Assembly (NCBI GenBank): GCA_965222375.1
Contig: CBDCTZ010000015.1
Span: 1,312,001 to 1,376,000 of the forward strand
Length of the DNA: 64,000 nucleotides
Source: Polyangiaceae bacterium
Lineage (GTDB): Bacteria; Myxococcota_A; Polyangia; Polyangiales; Polyangiaceae
Direction: 5' to 3'
Part shown: positions 10,018-21,046 of the stretch, piece after piece
Position numbering within the stretch: position 1 is the stretch's first letter
Layout: each line of letters opens with the position of its first letter
Translations under genes and position numbers: made by a program
The notes under the pieces: generated by a model
Databases searched by the model: none
The model's input: the letters and a program-made list of their open reading frames with translations, nothing else
What the model was told of the DNA's origin: nothing

Positions 10018-10947
10018 TCAGCAGTCGTGCGACTCGTCCACGGAAAGCGGCACGCCAAGCCGCTCCGCGAGCTTCGCCGCAAGCTCGTCGAAGGCGTGAG
10101 GCTTTCCGAAGCATTCGGCGACCGTCAGGGAAGAGCGCCGGGGCTCCGCTCGCCCAGATTGACGAAAACGCAGACTGAGATAGTCGCCGCCGCCGCCCTT
10201 GGCGGGCAAGACGACCGAGTACTCGACGCGTTCGATCCACTCCGCGGGCAGCACGTTCACGCTCCCGTCCGCAACGTGCAACAGCGCCCTTGAATCCGCG
10301 CTCAGGCCGAAGCCCGCCGCAGGTGGGGGAAGATCGTCGGGCCAGTCGCGGGTCAGCCCCGCGTGAAAGGGAAAACGGCGCGGAGGTTCGTCCGCGCCGT
10401 GCACGGCATCGTAACCAGCGAGCCAGGTGCGCTCATGCTGGCTCAAGGCCCGACGCCATGCAGTCTCCAGGGTCACGCCGCACTCCGTCTTGCTGCCCGG
10501 AATTGCCTCGTGGCGAGCGTTGCGTCCGAGGCGCTGGTTGAGCTCGGGAGGAAAGATCCGAGCCGTAACGCTCGCCCGACCAAATCGCCACTCTTGGCAG
10601 CGCGTGTTGCTCACCGACACGTCCTGGCCGTCGCCGAAATACTCGGCCAGTTGTGACACTGCAGAGCGGAAGTTCTCGTCAGCGTCATCGGAACCGCGCA
10701 GGTAACCGAAGAAGGTGGTTGCGTGCACGTCCAGGTCGTCGTCGGCACTAAACTGAAACACGAAAGGATGCGCAAGCCCGCTCAGGAGCGGACTGGCCAG
10801 CTCGACTTCACAATACGAAAGCCCTGCGCTCCAGCCAGATGGTCGCTGCCCGAAGCGCGCCACCAAGTCTTGACGCGTGCTCCGAAACGGGAACTGCGCC
10901 TCGTCCAAGACGCTCCACAGCGCCTGCTCCGCCCGCGTCATCGTCAT
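10018..10947 (-). CDS. Hypothetical protein
   Basis: Protein-like ORF of about 310 aa; start chosen at MTMTRAEQ. Confidence 0.65.
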   Translation of the reverse strand: MTMTRAEQALWSVLDEAQFPFRSTRQDLVARFGQRPSGWSAGLSYCEVELASPLLSGLAHPFVFQFSADDDLDVHATTFFGYLRGSDDADENFRSAVSQLAEYFGDGQDVSVSNTRCQEWRFGRASVTARIFPPELNQRLGRNARHEAIPGSKTECGVTLETAWRRALSQHERTWLAGYDAVHGADEPPRRFPFHAGLTRDWPDDLPPPAAGFGLSADSRALLHVADGSVNVLPAEWIERVEYSVVLPAKGGGGDYLSLRFRQSGRAEPRRSSLTVAECFGKPHAFDELAAKLAERLGVPLSVDESHDC

Positions 10948-11062
10948 CAAGGCTAGCGCTTCTGGGCGTTGAAGGTCACCTTGCAATTGCGTCATCAATG
11001 GGTCGGCGTACAGGTTCCAGTGCGTGGACACCGAGTGGACCTGGGCGACCAGCTGAGCGCAG

Positions 11063-11622
11063 CTACGCAAGCAACTCCAGAACTACCTCCTTGATCTCCC
11101 CACGGACGTTGCGAATCGTCTCGAGCTCGCCACGCGCCGCAATCGCGTCAACAGGCTCCCGAAGATTCTGGATGTTCTGCCCAGCCCAAAACAGATTCTG
11201 ATCGGACTGGCCCCACATCTTCCGCAAGTACGCCTGATTCAAGAGCTCCTCGGCAACGCGATAGTTGATGGCTCGCCAGTCCTCGGGAATGGAGCGCGGG
11301 ATACGCACGGGCAAGTCATGGTCGGAGCACAACCGCAGCAAGCGCTCTTGTTTCGGTCACGCCCCCCAACCACGACATCTGGTAGCAACGTGCGCGCACG
11401 GCTCAGTCGCTGGTCCAGCATCTGGCCGACGTGCTGCTTGACGACGATGTCGTTCTCGAAATCAGACGGCATTCGGTAGTGGCTGCTTCGGGCATCACAA
11501 TAGATGCACCCGAACAGACAACCGTTGTGGGGATTCACGCTGTAGCGATCCCGAAACCAACCATCGATGAACTTTTTCCTGTTGAGGACGGTCTTGAATT
11601 GCTTCTCGGTGAACGAGGGCAT
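11063..11622 (-). pseudogene. Radical SAM protein (SPL/Rv2578c-like) with a large internal deletion
   Basis: YSVNPHNGCLFGCIYCDARS (CxxxCxxC) jumps near 11360 into a C-terminal segment in another frame; the barrel core is missing. Confidence 0.75.
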
Positions 11623-11702
11623 GCCCCGATTCTAGGGCGCAACTAGGGACGGTGGACTCACCTCGGCGGCGTGGCCAGAGTCGCGGCAGGTGACAAATCC
11701 CG

Positions 11703-11718
11703 TGGCACGGCTCATGCT
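11703..11718 (+). promoter_or_regulatory. Putative sigma54 promoter
   Basis: TGGCACGGCTCATGCT upstream of ATG 11745. Confidence 0.55.
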
Positions 11719-11744
11719 CGCATGGCACGCAGAGGCGTCAGGAC

Positions 11745-12983
11745 ATGTTGAATGGGAAGCCGTGGGCCGTTTTCTAGACATCGCTCTTGCTCGCCGCGGC
11801 GGCCGGCTGCGGAAAGGTGAAGCAAGATCCGAGCGCCTGGTCAGTCCCTTCGGTAGACGGGGGAGCGATGGGGCCGGACAGTGGCGCGCAGGGATGTCAC
11901 GCACGACGCGCCCTCGAGGTAGGTCCGTTCTCCCCGGACGACACCACATTCGGTCCGCATCAGATTCAACTCGTCCCAACGTCCGACGGACTAGTCACCG
12001 CGGTGTTCGTCAACGGCGGCAGCTACCCGGACCTCGGCCAACTCACGTTCGACGGCTTCGGCGATTGGCCCTCAGCCTTGCCCGCACCAACGCGACTGGC
12101 TTTGCCGGCGACAGGCGGACCCCTCGCCGCGGGAAGCGTTGCCAATGGGGGCGTCACGCTCCTTTTCGCCGCCTCTGTGTTTCCGGCCCTAGACCTGCGC
12201 TGGATCCCCCAGCTTCTGCCTGTCGACACGAACCCGACCGTGGAGGTCATCGCGAAGGACGCGGCGTTCGCTTGCCTGGCGCTCGGGTCGGGCGAAAGGC
12301 ACTTGCTCGGATACTGGAAAGACAGCGCACATCGCCTGATTCGCGTCGGCAAGGAACGGACGACTCGCAACGTCGGCTGTCTGCGAGTCGCCTTCACCTG
12401 TGCGCAAGCGCTGGCTACCGATACGGGCTTTCTGATCGCGGTGCCTTCCGCCGAAGCGTCTGGCAACTGCGGTCCAGAGAAGGAGTTACCACGCGTCATC
12501 CAGATGTATTCTTGGGACGACGAAGACGCCCCAACGCTGCGCGACGAGTGGAGCACTCCGGGCTGGATCGCGTCTTTGGAGATCCTCCCGCGCAGTGACG
12601 GAGCTTGGGTGGTCTGGCGTGAGGCTCCAGACAGTGGCCCGATAGTCGCTCGACGAGTGTCCCATGCAGGCAACTCTCTGAGTGAGCCTCGGATCGTCTT
12701 GGAGGCGCCCAAGTCTTGGGGACTCAGTGCGGCGACACTCGCGGACGACCTCGTCTTCGCGGTGACGACCCCCGACGCTCATATCCTGCTGCGCCGTGTT
12801 GAGGCGCAGGGCAGGGTCGTGGGCGAGTGGAGCTACGGTCGGACCCCAAACCACGTCGGCTTCGCCTCGGGCATGCTTGGCTCATCGGACGGCCGAACCT
12901 TGCTCCTCGCAACATCGATGATATCGGGCGGCGGCTACGTCGATCCCGGGCACTTGATACGCTGGGACTGCACGCCAGATTGA
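11745..12983 (+). CDS. Hypothetical lipoprotein with an in-frame TAG in its signal peptide (possible pseudogene)
   Basis: MLNGKPWAVF*TSLLLAAAAGC; TAG at 11775-11777; the remainder is an intact 398-aa ORF. Confidence 0.6.
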
Positions 12984-13055
12984 TAGCCCCTCGCACGCCA
13001 AAAACAGAACGATGACACACCGAGCTCGCCGTGGTCGTAGCTCTTCGCTGGGGTC

Positions 13056-13682
13056 ATGAGCCCGCACTCCCGGTGGCAGTTTGCACGGGAAAGCATATTT
13101 GGCTGTGTCATCGGCACAGCGTTGTTCATGGCGTGCGGCGGGAGTGACACCGATGCTAGCAGGGGCGGAACCGGAGCGACCGCAGGAACCGCCGGAACTG
13201 GAGCGACCGCAGGAACCGCCGGAACCGGGGCGACCGGCGGAACTGGAGCGACTGGCGGAATCCCGGGCACCGGGGGCTGCCCTCCCTATGTGCCGCTGCC
13301 GTGGGACGGAAGTGCGCCCACGCTGTGCCACGAGTATTGCTCGAAGGTCCTAGCCGGTTGCCCCGAAATCGGCGAAGGCCCATGTTTGAAGCGCTGCACG
13401 CTGGGACTGAGCCCGGACAACAAGTGCGGGCTTGAGTACTTCAAGTGGGTGATGTGCGGCTTGAAGTCCGGCACCTTTACGTGCCCGTGCTTGACGTTGG
13501 GGGGCATCTTCAATTCCGCCTGCAAGAACGAATTGAGCAACAAGCATTGCGCCAACACGGGAACTGGCGCCGCCAGCGGTTGGGACGGTCAGGCTGGATA
13601 CGGTGTGGGCGGGTTCGGTGGGTCAGCGGCAACCGGCGGAATCGCCGGGTTCGTGTCCGGCGGCAGCGGCGGAGCGTTTTAG
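13056..13682 (+). CDS. Cys-rich lipoprotein with Gly/Thr linker
   Basis: LFMAC lipobox, GTGATAGTA repeats, CxxYC...C...C domain. Confidence 0.65.
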   Translation: MSPHSRWQFARESIFGCVIGTALFMACGGSDTDASRGGTGATAGTAGTGATAGTAGTGATGGTGATGGIPGTGGCPPYVPLPWDGSAPTLCHEYCSKVLAGCPEIGEGPCLKRCTLGLSPDNKCGLEYFKWVMCGLKSGTFTCPCLTLGGIFNSACKNELSNKHCANTGTGAASGWDGQAGYGVGGFGGSAATGGIAGFVSGGSGGAF

Positions 13683-13980
13683 CGACTCAGCTGTGGTGGG
13701 CGAAGGGGCAAGGCATCCCTTGGAGTGAAGGCGGCACTTGCCACACGCCACGAGGTGGAGAGAACTCGCGCCAGGCCGTATTGGAATCGGAACGAACTGC
13801 GACGACTCTTGTTGGTGCGTAAGCGAGCTGCTTTTCGATTACGACGGCGTTGTCGCAACCGGCAGAAGCGGTGGCGCGGGTGCGGGAGGCTCTTCAAACG
13901 TAAGCGCCCGCCGAGTTTCGCAAGTTCTGCTCAGCGGTCCACCGCTTGGCCCAGCGCGAGCGTGGTGATGGCTTCGCGCG

Positions 13981-14397
13981 GTGTTGACGAGGATCACGTT
14001 TTCGTTGGCTGCGTCGTTCACGCTCCTTGGTTGCGCAAGTGCATCCGGCGAGGCGGTGCAACACGCTTCGCGGGACTTCGCCTGTCCGGAGGAGTCGGTC
14101 CACGCCAAGGAGATCCGCAACGACCGCTTCAGGGTCCGCGGATGCGGCAAGACTGGCGTCTACGAGTGCCACTCTGGTCAGGGCTGTTGGAAGGAAGGGT
14201 ATCGAGCGAAGGTCGCGCGGGAACGTGCCGAGCGGGAATTTGGATGTCCGCGCGAACAGATTCGAGTTCGTTGGGTTCAGCAGGAGACGTATCGGGTGGA
14301 GGGCTGCGACCAAGCGCGAGTCTACGAATGTGACGAAGAGACGTGCATCCCCGAAGGCAGCGGACAGACAGACCTCACCGTCGTCGTTGCTCCGTAG
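13981..14397 (+). CDS. Small lipoprotein with two internal repeats
   Basis: LLGC lipobox; two A..F.CP.E.+...+RV.GC...VYEC units. Confidence 0.75.
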   Translation: MLTRITFSLAASFTLLGCASASGEAVQHASRDFACPEESVHAKEIRNDRFRVRGCGKTGVYECHSGQGCWKEGYRAKVARERAEREFGCPREQIRVRWVQQETYRVEGCDQARVYECDEETCIPEGSGQTDLTVVVAP

Positions 14398-14467
14398 TCC
14401 GTACTCGCCAGCCGCGACGCGGCTGACGGTCCGCGGTCCAGGTCAACGTTTCGCGAGCGGCGCTGGT

Positions 14468-15778
14468 CTAGTCCGCGCGCGTGGTCCAATCGACCAAGGC
14501 GTCGCACCCCACGCACCACCCCACATCGTGCGCGAGTTCAATGTGACAGCGACTACACTCGTAGCTACGGAAACGAATGGCGTTGAACACACCGAAGGCG
14601 ATGCCCACGACGGTGAGCACCAACATCGGAATAGTGCCAAAGTATGCGCCGCACCCGAGGCCCACCGCGCCAAACAAGACCGCCGGCAACAACGAGGGCC
14701 GCGACTTTAGCGGGCGAAAGCTTTGCGCGTCGTCGTCGAGGCGCTGCTCGAACTCCTCCTCATCACCGAACCCGTGCTCGTCGCCGAACTCGTCCTCCCT
14801 GGCTAGACGTTCTTCCTCTTCAAGCCCGTCGTCGCGGAGCACGACTTCATCACCGAGCACGGGTTCGGTGGGCTCGATTCCGTCCTCCCCGCCAGCGAAG
14901 ATGAACTCCTCGTCGTCTTCCGTCTGAAGCGGTTCCGTGAGCAGCTCCAGGTCCGAAGGCTCCCGCCACGTGTCCGGGTCAGGGATCCCGAGCAGCTTGC
15001 GCAATGGCTCTGTCTTTCGAGCCAGCTCCGAATGCGTGCTGCGCACCAAGCTTGCCTGGTTCGGCGACAGATGCGAGCAAATGTGCTTCACGTCGTTCTT
15101 TGGGACCTGTCGCGCGACCAGCTGCGCCCCGAACAACAGCGCCAGACTGCCAAGCGTCAAGTACCCGCGCATCTGGCGCTCCCACGCAAGTTTGTGTCCC
15201 TCCGCGCTCTCACCACCGGTACGAAACGAAAACGACGACTCGAGCAGAAACGCACCGAAGCCAAGGTAGACGGTAGTCAAGTCGGTGAGATTCTCTTCGG
15301 TCTCACGATCCGTCACCTCCAGCCCGTGATGGTCGCGATATAGATGGGCGACTTCGTGAGCGAGCGTGCCGATCAGATCGGTTGGATGACGCAACTCCTG
15401 GCGGTTGACCCCAAAGCGCGCGACCTGCCCTTCTCGCCCGGCGTACCAGGCGGCCGCGCGCATGTGCTCACTTCGCTCCAGCGCTAGGGTCAATTGCGAC
15501 GTCCCGACCAAACCCGGCGGCTCTTCAAAAACGTAGAGCTCGACGCTGTAGTCTCCAAGCCCGACGTACTGCAACAGGCGCCGCAAGAGCGTGCGTGCAC
15601 CGGCGGGCCCCGCGGCAACCGCATCGGGAAAGAACTGCGGCTCCGGCAGAACTATCGGCGCACGCACAAATGTTTCGAACCCTCGCTGGCGAATCACATT
15701 CGCCAACCCCAACAACAAGTACTCACGTGCCTCCCCGTAGGGGACTTCCATGTCCTGAATCAGCAGCGAGTCGCCCAC
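14468..15778 (-). CDS. HExxH zinc-metalloprotease-like membrane protein with a C-terminal Zn ribbon
   Basis: TLAHEVAH...EENLTDL, acidic linker, two TM helices, CSRC...CVGC. Confidence 0.75.
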   Translation of the reverse strand: MGDSLLIQDMEVPYGEAREYLLLGLANVIRQRGFETFVRAPIVLPEPQFFPDAVAAGPAGARTLLRRLLQYVGLGDYSVELYVFEEPPGLVGTSQLTLALERSEHMRAAAWYAGREGQVARFGVNRQELRHPTDLIGTLAHEVAHLYRDHHGLEVTDRETEENLTDLTTVYLGFGAFLLESSFSFRTGGESAEGHKLAWERQMRGYLTLGSLALLFGAQLVARQVPKNDVKHICSHLSPNQASLVRSTHSELARKTEPLRKLLGIPDPDTWREPSDLELLTEPLQTEDDEEFIFAGGEDGIEPTEPVLGDEVVLRDDGLEEEERLAREDEFGDEHGFGDEEEFEQRLDDDAQSFRPLKSRPSLLPAVLFGAVGLGCGAYFGTIPMLVLTVVGIAFGVFNAIRFRSYECSRCHIELAHDVGWCVGCDALVDWTTRAD

Positions 15779-16020
15779 GACCTAGCAATCGCCATCTGTG
15801 CAGACGCATGCGGTTCCATCGGTTGCTGTCCTACGAAGATCGCTCATTGCACCACCATGCCTAAGATCATTCGTGCGCCCCGCCTCAAGCTAGCACAACC
15901 GAACTACGCCTCCGCGCGCCCGGGACCGCGCGCTTGTCCGGCAGCCGTGCACCCACACGCGCCACCTGCTCCAGCCGTTGTTCACCGCTGTGACACCTTG
16001 GAAGCGCACGTGATGGTCTC

Positions 16021-16528
16021 TTACTCGCATCGATCCACCAATTCGCCATCATAATCGCAGTGCCGATAGTCCGCAGTGGGCTCGCACGTTGAAACCTGGA
16101 TGGAGCCGAATCCACAAGCAGATTCGTTGCTGCAGTAGCAGTATCCGGTCTCCGTTCGGCAACACAGGCTGCCCTGATCCGTGCAAGACGCGACTTCATA
16201 CTGAATCCCTAGGCCTCCCCCCGCACACGCAGTCGCCGTGGACGTCGCTCGGCCCGCAACGCACTCTATAGCAAGCGCACCGGTCTTTGTATCGGCAGCA
16301 ATACGAAACGCCACCCACGTTCTCGGCCCTACAGAGCGCGGGAAAGGCTGGCTTGGACGACTGCGCCCACTCCCCGCAGCTGCACCCCTCCTCGACCACC
16401 GGCTGGCCTCCGTTCGACTTGGTGGCCGTGCAATTGCTCGATGAACCGCCGCCACCGCCCGCCGAGGAGGAGCTGCACTGGACTAGCGTGATCAGCATCA
16501 ACACGGTAGGCGCGCGTGCTTGTTTCAT
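16021..16528 (-). pseudogene. Cys-rich lipoprotein frameshifted at a G6 run
   Basis: MKQARAPTVLMLITLVQC...DCVCGG continues as GLGIQYEVASC... if one G at 16217-16222 is removed. Confidence 0.7.
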
Positions 16529-16751
16529 CGCAATAGAATAGCCCACTATGCGAGACCTAGGATCGAGCAGGTGCACACCGCGTCGGGCAGATACGGCATG
16601 TGTCATGTCGCAGTTCCCCCTGAGTTGGCGCTCGGGTCGCCATCCGCCAAGTTGTGCAGATTCTGCTCAATCTGCAACTACGCTCTGTGTTTCGAGCACT
16701 TACTCGGCTCGGCTGCGACGCGGAATCGGCTCGCGCACGGAAGCGCCCTCG

Positions 16752-17114
16752 CTACCGCGCCCGCGAAAGCGCCGTGAGCATCGCGTACAGCGCGTTCCCA
16801 TGCTCGAGCACGCGAGGCAGTGCTTCGCGCGATCCCGCGCCGGACTCCACCGCGATTTCGACGGAGCAAACCACTTCGACAGCTTCGCCACGGGCGATAC
16901 CGAACGCGCGAGCCTTATCGCCACCAGAAACGCGCCCCGCGGCTTCGGCAATGTTCCGACAAGCGCCCTTCGCAGCACGAAGCGCCTGATCCCGCGAATC
17001 CCGATCCGTGATTCGGGCATCACGCACCGCGCCAAGCAGCTTCAGCGCAACGCCGTAGGCCTTCAACCGATGATGAGGCAGCAAAGATGCAGATGTGGAT
17101 GTGTTCATTGTCAT
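16752..17114 (-). CDS. Four-helix bundle protein (23S rRNA IVP / Avd-like family)
   Basis: HHRLKAY...DQALRAA...NIAEAAGR...F.IARGE..E; GGAGG 6 nt before the ATG. Confidence 0.85.
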   Translation of the reverse strand: MTMNTSTSASLLPHHRLKAYGVALKLLGAVRDARITDRDSRDQALRAAKGACRNIAEAAGRVSGGDKARAFGIARGEAVEVVCSVEIAVESGAGSREALPRVLEHGNALYAMLTALSRAR

Positions 17115-17118
17115 TCGA

Positions 17119-17144
17119 GACCTCCTTCACCCAAGAAGGAGGTC
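17119..17144 (-). promoter_or_regulatory. RBS-sequestering hairpin
   Basis: GACCTCCTTC-TTGGGT-GAAGGAGGTC, a perfect 10-bp stem containing the Shine-Dalgarno sequence. Confidence 0.7.
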
Positions 17145-17264
17145 GAGAACTTTGACGTGATGAGCGTCAGCTCTGCCAACGCACCAACGTGCATGCATCC
17201 CCTCAAGTGCCAGCGTTAGCTGGCACGGGGATGCGACTGAGTCCCCAACTATGCCAAACGTGAC

Positions 17265-17570
17265 GCCGTCCCCTTCCCCTTCAACCTACCCTTCAACCTA
17301 CCCTTCAACCTACCCTTCAACTTCCACTTGCCCTTGGACGTAGACGTCTGCTTGCACGTGGGCTTCGGCTTCGACGTCGACGTCTGCTTGCACGTGGGCT
17401 TCGGCTTCAGCGTAGGCTTCTGCTTCAACGTAGGCTTCAACCCACGGAGGAAAAGCAGACGCCCAAGTCGAAGTTCAAGTCGACGCCCACGTCCAAGGGC
17501 AAGTGAAAGTCGACGTGGACGTTCAAGGAAAAGGGAAGAAGAAGGGGAAGGGAAAGGTGACGAAGAAGGC
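17265..17570. repeat. Inverted array of degenerate hexamer repeats
   Basis: Left arm NNCTTC/NNCGTN units, right arm SAAGNN/NACGNN units; cacttgcccttggacgt (17325) pairs with acgtccaagggcaagtg (about 17489-17505). Confidence 0.85.
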
Positions 17571-17589
17571 ACCACGAACGCCCTCGCAT

Positions 17590-17645
17590 GGCCCATCTCT
17601 AGAGTAGTGGCCCAATGCCGCCCCAACGCCGCGACCCCCCAAACC
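17590..17645. repeat. Dispersed intergenic repeat, copy B
   Basis: ggcccatctctagagtagtggcccaatgccgccccaacgccgcgaccccccaaacc. Confidence 0.75.
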
Positions 17646-17647
17646 AC

Positions 17648-17685
17648 AAAAAGCAAAACGGCGACCCTCTTTCGAGAGGCCGCCG
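17648..17685 (-). terminator. Intrinsic terminator of groESL
   Basis: cggcggcctctc-gaaa-gagggtcgccg followed by TTTTGCTTTTT on the minus strand. Confidence 0.85.
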
Positions 17686-17714
17686 CTCTGCGTGTGACTA
17701 ACTAAGAGTGGCTC

Positions 17715-19355
<1,641 letters not shown>

Positions 19356-19360
19356 TCAGC

Positions 19361-19651
<291 letters not shown>

Positions 19652-19769
19652 GTGAGATATCCCTCTTGTTGGTTGATGGCGGCCCCGTCAGCGGGACCGC
19701 TGCTTAGATTCGCGGGGCAGTATGGCGCTATGCGCCTGTAACCCATTGAAACTAAAGAGTTTTGGTGAG

Positions 19770-19796
19770 CTAGCACTCACCAGCTCCGAGTGCTAG
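19770..19796. promoter_or_regulatory. CIRCE element (HrcA operator)
   Basis: CTAGCACTC-N9-GAGTGCTAG upstream of groES. Confidence 0.9.
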
Positions 19797-19813
19797 CACG
19801 CGGAGTGGGGGCG

Positions 19814-19841
19814 AATGTAGTCAGAGCTGGGATGGAGTCAA
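19814..19841 (-). promoter_or_regulatory. sigma70-type promoter of groESL
   Basis: TTGACT-16 nt-TACATT just upstream of CIRCE. Confidence 0.6.
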
Positions 19842-19949
19842 GGCTGAAGCCTTGGAAAGAAAACCGCCAAGCCGCCAATAGCCGCCAAGCCGGGGCTCCA
19901 AGCGGCGAGGCCGGTGTCACCGACAAGGGCTCCGCTACCCTCGGTCGTG

Positions 19950-20678
19950 TCAGGCGTCGTCTTCGCGGCCCGCGAGCTGCCGCTCCAGCTCGGCGACGCG
20001 CGCTTCGGCTGCTTCCTTGGCGGCGCGCTCGGCTTCCTTGGCGGCGCGCTCGGATTCTTCTCCGGTTAGCCAAACCTTGGTGCCATCGCGATCATCGCTG
20101 ATGCGGATCGGATCTGCCCACAGCCAAGCGTCTATCGCCTCGGAGAAGAAGGGCCCGGAGCCAAAGTGCATGCGCTCCAGCGCGTCGTCACGTCGCACCC
20201 ACTGCTGGATCGGCACTGGACCGCCAAGGGCGGTCGGTCCGCACAGCTCGGGATCGAGCACCCACAGCTCACCGACGCCGCTGGCCGCGTACTTCTCGTG
20301 GATGTCTCGATAGTCTTTGTACGGGTGGCCTTTGCTGACGACCTCGATGGCCAACCGCGGCGCCACGTGCCCGGGTTTCCACAAGCACAGGCTCGAGAGC
20401 TGTTCCGGATCTGGCGGCGCTGGAGTGATGAGCGCAACGTCGGGGTCGATTCCGACGCGCGGGTTGTCTTCATACCAGCGCAGCGCAAGGCTGCGCGTCA
20501 CGATGGCATCCATGGAGCTGCCAGCAACCCACGCTCTCATCAGTGCCACCAGGTAGTGCAGGAGCAAATCGTGGGCGTGGGACTCGGGCACAGGGATCTC
20601 GGGCAAGACCCACGCATCAGCTACCGGCCGCACGGCGTAGCGCAGCGCCACGACTGCTCGAGCATCGCTCATCGTCAT
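19950..20678 (-). CDS. Uma2 family putative endonuclease
   Basis: VPESHAH, IDPDVAL, LAIEVVS, YAASGVGELWVLDP, ERAAKEA repeats. Confidence 0.85.
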   Translation of the reverse strand: MTMSDARAVVALRYAVRPVADAWVLPEIPVPESHAHDLLLHYLVALMRAWVAGSSMDAIVTRSLALRWYEDNPRVGIDPDVALITPAPPDPEQLSSLCLWKPGHVAPRLAIEVVSKGHPYKDYRDIHEKYAASGVGELWVLDPELCGPTALGGPVPIQQWVRRDDALERMHFGSGPFFSEAIDAWLWADPIRISDDRDGTKVWLTGEESERAAKEAERAAKEAAEARVAELERQLAGREDDA

Positions 20679-20718
20679 CAGTGTACCTCGCGTGGGGGGC
20701 GTTGGCCGCTCAGGCCTC

Positions 20719-20734
20719 TGCATGCCCGGTGCCA
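20719..20734 (-). promoter_or_regulatory. Putative sigma54 promoter
   Basis: TGGCACCGGGCATGCA on the minus strand, about 40 nt before the start. Confidence 0.55.
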
Positions 20735-21046
20735 GGCGAAACGCCCGGTGATCCAGGCCAACCGCGGTAACAATGTCAGCAGGCGCCAGCGGCTATCGCC
20801 AGGCGCGGGCACTCGGGTAATCGCGGCGGCGCACACGCAGCCGCTCGCCATTGGCCAGCTCGGGCCGGGGCAGCTCTCGACACTGCTTGTCGGCGACGAC
20901 TGCGCGACACTCGAGCGACGTCGTCGTTCGCGCGCTCTTCGATCACGGGCACGATTTCATCCTCGCGGGAAGAGACGCACCCCATCGGGAACGGGTAGTT
21001 CCCGACCCGTTCGCGTCCGCCGGAGCGAAGGCGCGCGAGCGCTGGA

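Noticed and set aside
17221..17235. sigma54 promoter TGGCACGGGGATGC
   Set aside because: Spacing is GG-N9-GC, and the sequence is better explained as a hairpin arm.
17249..17705. ORFs across the hexamer array on both strands
   Set aside because: They are low-complexity by-products of the repeat with no RBS; translation is not excluded but is unsupported.
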